Of a DNA stretch of 64,000 nucleotides, positions 17,889 to 26,170 are shown piece by piece. How positions within the stretch are numbered: the first letter of the stretch is position 1; every line of letters begins with the position of its first letter. The stretch is from a virus. Taxonomy: Duplodnaviria; Caudoviricetes. The notes under the pieces are model-generated. The model searched no databases and was not told where the DNA came from. It worked only from the letters and a program-made list of their open reading frames with translations. Made by a program: the position numbers and the translations under genes. The stretch lies in the IMG/VR virus record IMGVR_UViG_3300022876_000002. One strand, written 5' to 3'.

Positions 17889-20285
17889 TCAATTAACGCC
17901 CATTACCACGAGTGGCTTATCGGTATCCACATGACGCAACGTGGCCACGTTACGGTCACCACCGACATAGCTGAACAACCAGACGTGACCCGACGCAGCA
18001 TAACGCAACAGATGGTCTTTGTGGACTTCTGCAGTCGCTGGTGCTTCCGGATCTTCTACCACGATTTCCATGAGCTTGAACAACTCAGGGAACTTACTAC
18101 GTTTAATGTACAACGGCACATTAAACTCTTCGTGGTACGGGCCTTTGTCGTTGACCAGGTTGGCCATGTAGAACTCACGTACTACATACAGGTCGACGTC
18201 GTCCTTGAGTTTCTCGATGACACCCATCTCTTCAGGCGGGATACCGTGCGGGTTAACTTTGTGGAACATACGCAGGTTACGGGTCAGGTAGTTGGATACC
18301 GCACCGTCGGTCAGCAGACCGTAAGCCTGGTCATCGTTCTTTTGGAGCTCGTTGGCCAGGTCTTCGATGTCAGACACGAAGTTGCCAATCTGCAGTTTAC
18401 CGCCACCGCCTTTTCCGTCCACAGCATTGTAGCCGCAGACGTTTACCAACCATTCATTCACAATGGCGGTCATACGGCTGTTGATAAACCCAGCTACGTT
18501 GTTGTCGATAACGTTTTCGTTGAACAGGCGACGCAGGTGCTTACCGGCATTCAGTACCGACGGACGCTCGTTGTCTTTCAACTCGGCATCGCTGAACAGG
18601 TAAGGTGCATCTTGGAACAGGCGAGTTTTGTCTTCTGGCTTGACGCAGCTGAAAACATCCCACTCGACCAGGGTGTCGAACACTACTGCAGCTTTGTTGT
18701 CTTTGAACTTGGAAGTCAGACGATCAGTGATCAGTTTGACGTTCTGCATCAGCGCAGTAGTCTTCTGCTCAACGATTGGTTCGTCTACTACGATAGCCGG
18801 GATACCAGCACCCAGCTCTTTAATACGCTCGACGTCTACTTCCAGCTTTTTCTCGTCTTTTACTACGTCAGCCATCGGAGCGGCAACAACCATATACAGG
18901 TCGCCTTCGTTCTCTGGCTTCTCCAGGAGCGGTAGGAGCACTTCTGGGTTACTGAACACACGTGCCACATCGAGACCCTCAGCTCGCACGGCATGGCTGA
19001 ACCAGCCGTCGTTGTTATCGAAATCGATCACGACTACGCGATAGCAATCGCGCAGCAGACCTTCCTCTTGACGCATTTCTGGGTGACGTTTGAAGACCTT
19101 CTGGATTTTGCGCCAGTCGGTTTCCGGGATGAAGTAATGATTGTCACGACCGATCGGCTTGAAGAAGCGACGCAGGTTGTAATCCTGCATGTTCTCCCGC
19201 GTAAGGTTGTCGAAATCATTACGAGTAGTACCCCAAGTCATACTCACCTCATTATCAAAATTTGGTTGGCTAGCGGCCGGTTTAGGTGCGGGTTCATGGT
19301 AGTATTCCCCACGCCTGGATGCAACATTACGATCCACCATTGCATTGATTGATTCATAGTCCGAATTGGTGTAGGCCTGGTCGCGTTTGGCTTGTGGGAT
19401 GTACCCGATGTAATCGCCATAACGGTCTGGGTCAAACACCCGTGCATGTTCCACCGGAGTGGAGACTGCATTGGAGAACGACAGTGACGCATAAGGAAAC
19501 GGTACATCAAACATTTCCCACATCTTGGAGAACTCTTCCTTAATAGTCTCCAAGTTGTTCAACTGCAGTTCCAGCTTTTTCGGGAGCCGGTGTGTATATG
19601 AAACGCCCTTCTTGGTGTTAAACAGCCAGTTGAGGAACTCCAGGAACAGTGCCTGGTAGCATGCGATCTCCGATGCGTTGTTGAAGTCGGCTTCGGACCA
19701 TTGTTCCTTACCAGACTTCCGCATGTTCTCGATCAACAGATAACCGAAAATGACACCACCGTTAATTGCTGCTGTTTGGTGGAAAGAAGGAAGTTTATTA
19801 ATGTCATCAATAAACTCTTTCTTGAGCGGGCAGATCTGGCCAGTGTCCTGGTCAACCGTGAACTGCTCCTTCATTTTCTGGTAGTTCTTGTAAAAGAACG
19901 TAGGTTGACGACGAACCATGTGTTGCATAAACACGGTCATCGGATCTTCTACTTTACCGATGTAATACTCGATGGTATCTTGGGAGATCCCACCGTTCTC
20001 TAGCATCCCTGCTAGAACCTCGTTTTGCTCTAGTCCGCCACCGTGGTGCTTCCAGTTGAAACCACCACCTGCCCCTGTAGTGGCTGCGCTACTAGCAACC
20101 CCTGCAAGGAAGTTCTTAATAGCTTGACCAGGGATGATTTGCTGGTGGAGTTGCGCGCCTTGCAGCCCTCCCATCCCAGCAGCCTGACGGCCATCTGATT
20201 GAGGAGGGTCGGCGTTCAAGTTCACCGATCCGGGGCGTGAACCACCAAAGCCACCGAGACCAGTTGGTTTAATCGATCCGACCAT
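17889..20285 (-). CDS. Large hypothetical protein coupled to the nvRNAP beta-N gene
   Basis: 798 aa; Gly-rich N-terminus; start overlaps the end of the RNAP subunit gene. Confidence 0.75.
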   Translation of the reverse strand: MVGSIKPTGLGGFGGSRPGSVNLNADPPQSDGRQAAGMGGLQGAQLHQQIIPGQAIKNFLAGVASSAATTGAGGGFNWKHHGGGLEQNEVLAGMLENGGISQDTIEYYIGKVEDPMTVFMQHMVRRQPTFFYKNYQKMKEQFTVDQDTGQICPLKKEFIDDINKLPSFHQTAAINGGVIFGYLLIENMRKSGKEQWSEADFNNASEIACYQALFLEFLNWLFNTKKGVSYTHRLPKKLELQLNNLETIKEEFSKMWEMFDVPFPYASLSFSNAVSTPVEHARVFDPDRYGDYIGYIPQAKRDQAYTNSDYESINAMVDRNVASRRGEYYHEPAPKPAASQPNFDNEVSMTWGTTRNDFDNLTRENMQDYNLRRFFKPIGRDNHYFIPETDWRKIQKVFKRHPEMRQEEGLLRDCYRVVVIDFDNNDGWFSHAVRAEGLDVARVFSNPEVLLPLLEKPENEGDLYMVVAAPMADVVKDEKKLEVDVERIKELGAGIPAIVVDEPIVEQKTTALMQNVKLITDRLTSKFKDNKAAVVFDTLVEWDVFSCVKPEDKTRLFQDAPYLFSDAELKDNERPSVLNAGKHLRRLFNENVIDNNVAGFINSRMTAIVNEWLVNVCGYNAVDGKGGGGKLQIGNFVSDIEDLANELQKNDDQAYGLLTDGAVSNYLTRNLRMFHKVNPHGIPPEEMGVIEKLKDDVDLYVVREFYMANLVNDKGPYHEEFNVPLYIKRSKFPELFKLMEIVVEDPEAPATAEVHKDHLLRYAASGHVWLFSYVGGDRNVATLRHVDTDKPLVVMGVN

Positions 20286-21936
20286 TGTTAATTTCTCTCG
20301 TTTTGAGTCGCTTCTCTGCTTTAGCGTAACGCTCCGCGTGCTTAGGGTTCAAGCCGGTAACTTTGCCGTGCAGGAAGATACAAGGTAAAAGATACGCCCG
20401 TCCGTCTGGACATGGTGAGGACACCTTGAGGTGACTGTTCACAAACAGTTGGGAAGCGTGGATATGCGTGGAGGAATCCCCGGCATCGAAATCACCCTTC
20501 TTACGGTTCTTAGACGAACTGGTGAACACCTTATCTTGAGGAATACAACCCAACATATAGTCAACAAACGGAACGTCTGTCGGAGTGGCTTCCTGGATCA
20601 GGTTGGTAGTACGGGCATTGTCGATCTCTTTAGCGTGGAACCTGCTATTGAGGAATCGCGATACCTTCTTCTGGCTCAACTCAGAATTGTTCTTGATATC
20701 GTGCTTGAAGTTGTTCGCTGCTGTGATCAACTTATCCATGGTGAACTCCAGTGACGAGAGTTCTTTGTGGAACATGGACGCACGATCGGTGGTTTGCACG
20801 ATCTCACTACGGTTGGTGATAATGTAGTTGAAGAGATCGAAGATGTCGTTAGCTTCGATATCCTGGTTGCGGAACTTCTTGATGGAGTCCTCATCCAGGT
20901 AATCGTTGATGGAATCAAAGTGGTTATACATCAACCGCATGATAGCTTCGTTGGAATCCCCGCTCTTAACCGAAGTACGTCCGATCAAAAGCTTCCAATA
21001 GTCCGGGTCATCAATCCGTTCTACATCAAAGTAACTGCCCATACAGTCAATAACGAACTGCAGAGAAGCAGCGTACTGCAAACCGAGGTTGTTGAGGGTC
21101 TTACGTGTAGGTGAGACATTGCGCAAAGCAATACCCAGATCCTGCACTACGGTTTCCCCCAGGTACTTGTGGTTATCTGCCTTGGACCGTGTGATAATCT
21201 CCCAACGGTCTTTTGCACGGCAGTCGCTCAGCAATGCATCCACTGGGCCCAACTCGTACTCACACTCACCATAGCGTCGCATGGCCTCTGTGAAGCCAAT
21301 GTTGGCAAACACGTACCACGCTAGCAACGGGATTGGAACTGTCTTGCTAGTGATCTTCCTGGCGGCTGTAGGGCTATAGAACCGGTTGCACGCCAAGTTG
21401 ATACTTGCAGTGGACGTCAATACCTGATGACCATGCTGGAATACGTAATCGTAGTTGAAGTTTTCTGTTCCGATTTTGAACTTGAACCCCAGTACTTTCA
21501 CGAACAGCGAGTTCTCCTTAGTAACAGGAAGCCCCCGCTCAGCCAGTACAATTTGCAGACTATAGTGCACACCACGCAACCAGATATCACCATACTTGTC
21601 ACAGTACGGCAACATGGTGTACGCATGCATTCGGATCATTTGACCCGACTTATCCTGGTAGTCGATTGCCAACTTGACAGGATAGATAGTCTCCTTGTGA
21701 ATATCGTAGATCTTCGTACTCGAGTTGATCAAGTAGTCGATATACTCACGAGGTGGTACTTTGGTCACTCCCCTGAAAAACACTCCACGTGACTCAATGC
21801 TCTTAAAGATGATGCGAAGCGCGTTCTCGTAGTAGCGCAAAGCACCCTCAAACTCTTTCTGGTGGAAACCCTCCATAATCGTCTGATTGAACTTTGGATA
21901 CTTTTCTTTGATGCGGTCCGCGAGTACGTGAAACAT
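20269..21936 (-). CDS. rpoB: Non-virion RNA polymerase beta subunit, N-terminal part (phiKZ gp123-like)
   Basis: YPKFNQTIMEGF, TMLPYCDKYGDIWLRGVHY, IHASQLFVNSHL..SSPCPDGR..LLP motifs; position two genes after the capsid gene; start reassigned to ATG 21936; uninterrupted. Confidence 0.75.
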   Translation of the reverse strand: MFHVLADRIKEKYPKFNQTIMEGFHQKEFEGALRYYENALRIIFKSIESRGVFFRGVTKVPPREYIDYLINSSTKIYDIHKETIYPVKLAIDYQDKSGQMIRMHAYTMLPYCDKYGDIWLRGVHYSLQIVLAERGLPVTKENSLFVKVLGFKFKIGTENFNYDYVFQHGHQVLTSTASINLACNRFYSPTAARKITSKTVPIPLLAWYVFANIGFTEAMRRYGECEYELGPVDALLSDCRAKDRWEIITRSKADNHKYLGETVVQDLGIALRNVSPTRKTLNNLGLQYAASLQFVIDCMGSYFDVERIDDPDYWKLLIGRTSVKSGDSNEAIMRLMYNHFDSINDYLDEDSIKKFRNQDIEANDIFDLFNYIITNRSEIVQTTDRASMFHKELSSLEFTMDKLITAANNFKHDIKNNSELSQKKVSRFLNSRFHAKEIDNARTTNLIQEATPTDVPFVDYMLGCIPQDKVFTSSSKNRKKGDFDAGDSSTHIHASQLFVNSHLKVSSPCPDGRAYLLPCIFLHGKVTGLNPKHAERYAKAEKRLKTREINNGRID

Positions 21937-21955
21937 CCTTTTATCCCCAAATGTG

Positions 21956-23083
21956 TTAAGTCGTAAAGAATCTAATACCCGCAAAAAGCAAACCAGAGAT
22001 AGCAGCCAAACCTTTCAACAAATCTACGCCGAAGGACATCTTGGTTTTCTGCTTCATCTGATCTATTGCATGTTTGTCCCGTGCCTCACGACGCTTTGAA
22101 TCGTCTTTGAGCCTGAGGATCTCTTCCTTATTACTAAAGTCAACACGTTCTCTTTTATCCTCGGCCGCCTTGAACTCTTGTTTGAGTCTGGCCAAATCCA
22201 TTTGATGGGACTGCTTCAGATGTACTAGCTGGAGATCCAGTTTTTCTATCTGACGATTCGCCCCGTCTAAACGGATATTAGTATCGTCCAGTAGTTTAAT
22301 TTTACTATCTAGCGCTTTAGACAGCGAATTAGCCTTAGCCTCAGCTTCTTGATACCTTTCGGTATTACCATTTAACATGGCTTCTGCTTTGCTCTGGAAG
22401 ATGCCGAGCCCTTCTAGCCTGCCTTTCGACAAGTCATCAAAACTATATAATGAAGCCACCGGTGGGTTTGTACCGACCGATACTCCGATATACAGCCCTG
22501 GCGTAGCTTGTGGATCGTCAGCTACTGGCACTTCAGTAGCACGACCACCAATGTTTACGTAGAAGGGTTTCTGTGTTTTACGCGGATCGATTACATATGC
22601 ACAGTAACTGATCGAGCATCGCGGATTGCTACGATGCAGTTGGTCCAGGGCCTCGGTAAGACTCGACTCGGGGACGTTGAGTGGAGCCCTATCGATATTG
22701 CCACGACCACTGTACATGGTGAAGCCAAACATCTCACTGTGGATCGCACCGTGCTCATCAGCCAGGTGTGCTCCCAAGTGTACTACGAAATTAGCAGAGC
22801 TAGGAAAATCTTGATAGAAGTCTACGTTGTCACGCAGGGTCTTCACTTTAGCTGCCATTTCTTCCAACACTGCCCGATCAAACTTGGTCAGTGCTTGTGA
22901 AGGATCTACTTGGATTTCTTTAACCTTGAAGTTTTGGAAGGACACTCGAACGTATTGTTCTTTGTTATATGTCGCTTCTGCGCTCTTTGGGATGATGTAT
23001 CGCAGACCACCTTTGTGGGCTACAACCAAATCGAAAGAAGTACTGTTATTTACGACTTCACGTTCAAGCTTGAAAGTTGCCAT
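21956..23083 (-). CDS. Conserved hypothetical protein (phiKZ gp122-like) with coiled coil and C-terminal hydrophobic anchor
   Basis: 375 aa; heptad-rich residues about 250-345, then GVDLLKGLAAISGLLFAGIRFFTT at the C-terminus. Confidence 0.7.
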   Translation of the reverse strand: MATFKLEREVVNNSTSFDLVVAHKGGLRYIIPKSAEATYNKEQYVRVSFQNFKVKEIQVDPSQALTKFDRAVLEEMAAKVKTLRDNVDFYQDFPSSANFVVHLGAHLADEHGAIHSEMFGFTMYSGRGNIDRAPLNVPESSLTEALDQLHRSNPRCSISYCAYVIDPRKTQKPFYVNIGGRATEVPVADDPQATPGLYIGVSVGTNPPVASLYSFDDLSKGRLEGLGIFQSKAEAMLNGNTERYQEAEAKANSLSKALDSKIKLLDDTNIRLDGANRQIEKLDLQLVHLKQSHQMDLARLKQEFKAAEDKRERVDFSNKEEILRLKDDSKRREARDKHAIDQMKQKTKMSFGVDLLKGLAAISGLLFAGIRFFTT

Positions 23084-23111
23084 TCCAAACCACCATTAAT
23101 AGTTGCACTGT

Positions 23112-23133
23112 CCTGATAATTTAGGTCTGAAAT
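23112..23133 (-). promoter_or_regulatory. Candidate phage promoter motif, copy 2
   Basis: ATTTCAGACCTAAATTATCAGG; downstream of the capsid terminator and upstream of the gp122-nvRNAP operon. Confidence 0.35.
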
Positions 23134-23155
23134 ATTCCAACAAAAATGAAAATGC

Positions 23156-23210
23156 AAAAAAAAAGAAGTAATACCACCCCTAGCCCCGCAAAGGGCTAGG
23201 GGTGGTATTA
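23156..23210 (-). terminator. Intrinsic terminator of the capsid operon
   Basis: Perfect 18-bp stem 23169-23210 plus a U-tract (A9 at 23156-23164 on +). Confidence 0.85.
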
Positions 23211-23235
23211 GTGAAGCTTATACCCTAAGGCTACG

Positions 23236-23308
23236 GCCCCATCCTGAACTAGGGAGCCTTATTGCACGAATGCTTTAAGTACTCCATAGTCCGTGTCCGG
23301 GATGAGGC
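23236..23308 (-). other. Long imperfect RNA hairpin starting immediately after the capsid stop codon
   Basis: GCCUCAUCC/GGAUGGGGC, GGACUAUGGAG/CUCCCUAGUUC, CUUA/UAAG, GCA-UUCG-UGC; G-U pairs fit only the minus strand. Confidence 0.55.
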
Positions 23309-25507
23309 TTAAGGGTTTTTTGCTTCGATCGCCTCAACAACTTTGTCCAGGCCAGCTTCCAGGCCGAGGATCTCGACTTTCTGTTTCGCCAGCTTGGTCA
23401 GCAGACCTTCGTCACCCAGGAACTTGGCAGCGTCGGTGATCTTCAGCGAGCCGATGATCGGGTTCAGCGCCCAGTGCTTGTAGGTAGGCATGGTCATGAC
23501 CACACCGTAGTCTTGCTGCTCACGAGTCACGTTACCTTGAACAACGATGTTCTCTTTCGAGACCACAACGCCGACACCGCCCAGAGGGTTGATGAAGTCG
23601 CTGGTGGAGTTGTTCTTGGTGACGATCAGGATCTCGCCGATCTGGCTGTCGAAGTTGGTTTCGATAGCGGTCATGTTGACCATCGAGCCCAGGGTACGAG
23701 CATCACCAGTCTTCATCAGGAAGCGACGCAGGTTCTGGTGAACGATGATGTTCCACTCAGGAGCAGTGGTGCCACCGTATTCAGCGATCGCAGCGATACC
23801 GGACTTGGTGACCAGCGCCGAGGTGATGTCGGACAGTTCGTTGGTGAACACGGCCGATACAGCTTCGAAGATGCCGGTGCTGTCTTGAACCGAGACCACG
23901 TCTTCCAGGGTGATGGTACGGTTGACGGCCGAAGCAGTCACGTAGTGCATACCTGGCAGAACGTTGGAACCCTGGTTGTTCGACACAACTGGGTGACCGT
24001 CGATCGAGGTGATGTACTTCAGGTGTTCGTGAGCCATGTCGAAGGCTTTCTTCGAGCACTGGTTGTTGATCACCACCGACATCTGCTGGATGGCGTAGTC
24101 CAGGGAGTCCTGGTTCACGTCGTCTTTGGAGATCGGGTACTTCACGGAGACCGGCGAACCACGGTGTACCGACAGGTGCTTGTCAGCGTCGAACACTTCG
24201 ATGCGGTAGCCGAAGTTACCACGGTTCAGGTTGTTGACGTTGGCCGAGGTCTTGACACCGGTGACCGAACCTTTGGTCAGCAGCTTGAACAGGGCTTTCT
24301 CATCTTCGCTGGCGCGGCCGCGATCGATGACGTTGCCGGAGGCGATGTGGCGCAGAGCGGAGATGGTCAGTTGACCACCGTTCAGGCGCATCACGTTCTT
24401 CTGGCGTTGGAAGTTGCCGTTCATCGACACGTCGAGCAGCGGCTGGTAGCCAGCAGCTTTGATGTCAGCGAACAGGGTCTCGCCGACCAGGTTGCCTTCT
24501 TTGTCCAGCAGGGTGAAACCGTTGTGCTGGTTCAGCAGCATGCCCAGCTGACGGTCATCGGAACCCTGGCCGTTGGTGGTCGGGTTGAAGGTGTTGTTCG
24601 ACATTGCTTTGGTGTTCACGAAGAACACTTTCTCAACGCCGCCGATGGTGGCAGTCAGTTGCAGCGCTTCGACGGTGATCGAGTTGGACTCGATTTCGTC
24701 GGTGCTGGTCCAGGCGCGCTGGCCAGGAGCCTGGCAAAGACCCAGGTAGTTCGGGATCACCGAAGGAACCTTGAGGTAGTTGGTCAGGTGGTTTTCACGA
24801 CCGTAGGCATCGGCTTCCATGTAGGTAGCTGGCCATGGGGTCATGGTGGCTTTGTCGACGAACAGCTCGAGGGTGTCGTCGTCAGCGTCTTCCGGGAACA
24901 CCGGGTGGATGGACAGGACGTCGTCCTTGTACATGTCACCGGTACGCAGCAGGCCGAAGATCGGCTTCAGGTCGGAAGCTTGCTGCCAGGCGCTGTTGCC
25001 GTAGGCGTAGGTACCCAGGCCGGCCGCACGGACTTTCAGCAGAGCGCCTTCGTCTTCGTAGCGAACGGTGATGGTGCTGAACAGGGCCTCGGCTGCAGGG
25101 GTCTGCAGGTGGCTCTGGGCGTTCAGGGTCATGTTGGCGGCTTTGATGTCGACTTCCGAACCGCGGAAGTTCTGCATCGAGAAGCCTTCCAGACCACCTA
25201 CGGTGCTGTAGTAGTCTTCGGTCTTGGCGACGATGTCGACCAGCTCACCACGTGGGATGGCTTCGGAACGAGCCATGGCGCTTTGGAAAGCGGCATAGGT
25301 CTTGTCGGTCAGCTTGTCTTTCAGCGCGCTTTGCAGGCTGGCGCTTTCGTTGCCCTGCACTTGGGACAGGCCGAAGTTGCTGGAGAAGTCGTTGAAAGCT
25401 TCGTTACCTTGTACCGCTTGGAAACCGTTGGTAGCAACGGCTTGTCGGATCATGTGAAAGAGGTTGCCCTCGTTCTTCAGACCAGTTTTGATCGCTTTAT
25501 AGGCCAT
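23309..25507 (-). CDS. Major capsid protein (phiKZ gp120-like)
   Basis: 732 aa from ATG 25507 (AAGGA upstream); very strong C-ending codon bias; probable propeptide cleavage GGLE|GFSMQNF; position next to gp119-like and DnaB. Confidence 0.9.
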   Translation of the reverse strand: MAYKAIKTGLKNEGNLFHMIRQAVATNGFQAVQGNEAFNDFSSNFGLSQVQGNESASLQSALKDKLTDKTYAAFQSAMARSEAIPRGELVDIVAKTEDYYSTVGGLEGFSMQNFRGSEVDIKAANMTLNAQSHLQTPAAEALFSTITVRYEDEGALLKVRAAGLGTYAYGNSAWQQASDLKPIFGLLRTGDMYKDDVLSIHPVFPEDADDDTLELFVDKATMTPWPATYMEADAYGRENHLTNYLKVPSVIPNYLGLCQAPGQRAWTSTDEIESNSITVEALQLTATIGGVEKVFFVNTKAMSNNTFNPTTNGQGSDDRQLGMLLNQHNGFTLLDKEGNLVGETLFADIKAAGYQPLLDVSMNGNFQRQKNVMRLNGGQLTISALRHIASGNVIDRGRASEDEKALFKLLTKGSVTGVKTSANVNNLNRGNFGYRIEVFDADKHLSVHRGSPVSVKYPISKDDVNQDSLDYAIQQMSVVINNQCSKKAFDMAHEHLKYITSIDGHPVVSNNQGSNVLPGMHYVTASAVNRTITLEDVVSVQDSTGIFEAVSAVFTNELSDITSALVTKSGIAAIAEYGGTTAPEWNIIVHQNLRRFLMKTGDARTLGSMVNMTAIETNFDSQIGEILIVTKNNSTSDFINPLGGVGVVVSKENIVVQGNVTREQQDYGVVMTMPTYKHWALNPIIGSLKITDAAKFLGDEGLLTKLAKQKVEILGLEAGLDKVVEAIEAKNP
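23315..23321 (-). other. Candidate -1 frameshift heptamer A-AAA-AAC at the end of the capsid gene
   Basis: ...GCA AAA AAC CCT TAA; hairpin begins 6 nt downstream. Confidence 0.4.
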
Positions 25508-25592
25508 GGAAGGAATTCCTTGCAGACGTAGGACAAACAAACAAATGCATTTGTTGTGTATTTGGTGCTACACATACAATGTATTTATTTAA

Positions 25593-26144
25593 TTAGGGGT
25601 TTTGGATACCAAGTAGCTTGTAAACCACTGCCAGAGAGAACTCTCCGGTGCGCGGTTCTGGGATAGCGCCGAAATGACTTTCCATGTAGCCCTTGCAGTG
25701 GGTAATCATCTCGAGCAAAGCACCAGAGAAACACGTAGCCTCTGCACAGACCCAGCCCGGCAAAGGTTTGTCGTCTTCCTCTGGGTGTAACGCCAACACC
25801 AGGACGTTCTGCCCAGCATTGATATAAGAGAAACAACGAGTACCGTGGATCACTTCGGATAAGTTACTACCGTCGACACTATTAAATGCCTCGCGTAGCA
25901 TACCACCTTCGTAATCCTTGGAGAACAACATATCAGGTTCGAGCATGGGCACACCCATCTCTTGAGCCGCCTGATATTGGAACTTGAAGAACTGGGCAAG
26001 CTCAGGCCACATCAACTTTTGATGATATGTCTCAATTGCTACCAGTTCCCTCAAAGGAATTGACATCCGATCCAGCAGTCGTACGAACTGGCTGGGCAGA
26101 TAAAATACATGAACCGAAGGCCCATTAGGGGTCCTGAGAATCAT
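25593..26144 (-). CDS. Head protein (phiKZ gp119-like)
   Basis: 183 aa, between DnaB and the capsid gene; GGAG upstream. Confidence 0.65.
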   Translation of the reverse strand: MILRTPNGPSVHVFYLPSQFVRLLDRMSIPLRELVAIETYHQKLMWPELAQFFKFQYQAAQEMGVPMLEPDMLFSKDYEGGMLREAFNSVDGSNLSEVIHGTRCFSYINAGQNVLVLALHPEEDDKPLPGWVCAEATCFSGALLEMITHCKGYMESHFGAIPEPRTGEFSLAVVYKLLGIQNP

Positions 26145-26170
26145 ACTTGCACTCCTAGGAGTTAGTCTGA

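Noticed and set aside
23474-25531. 685-aa plus-strand ORF antisense to the capsid gene
   Set aside because: Shadow ORF caused by the capsid gene's strong C-ending codon bias; V/G/D/Q-rich composition and no RBS or motif.
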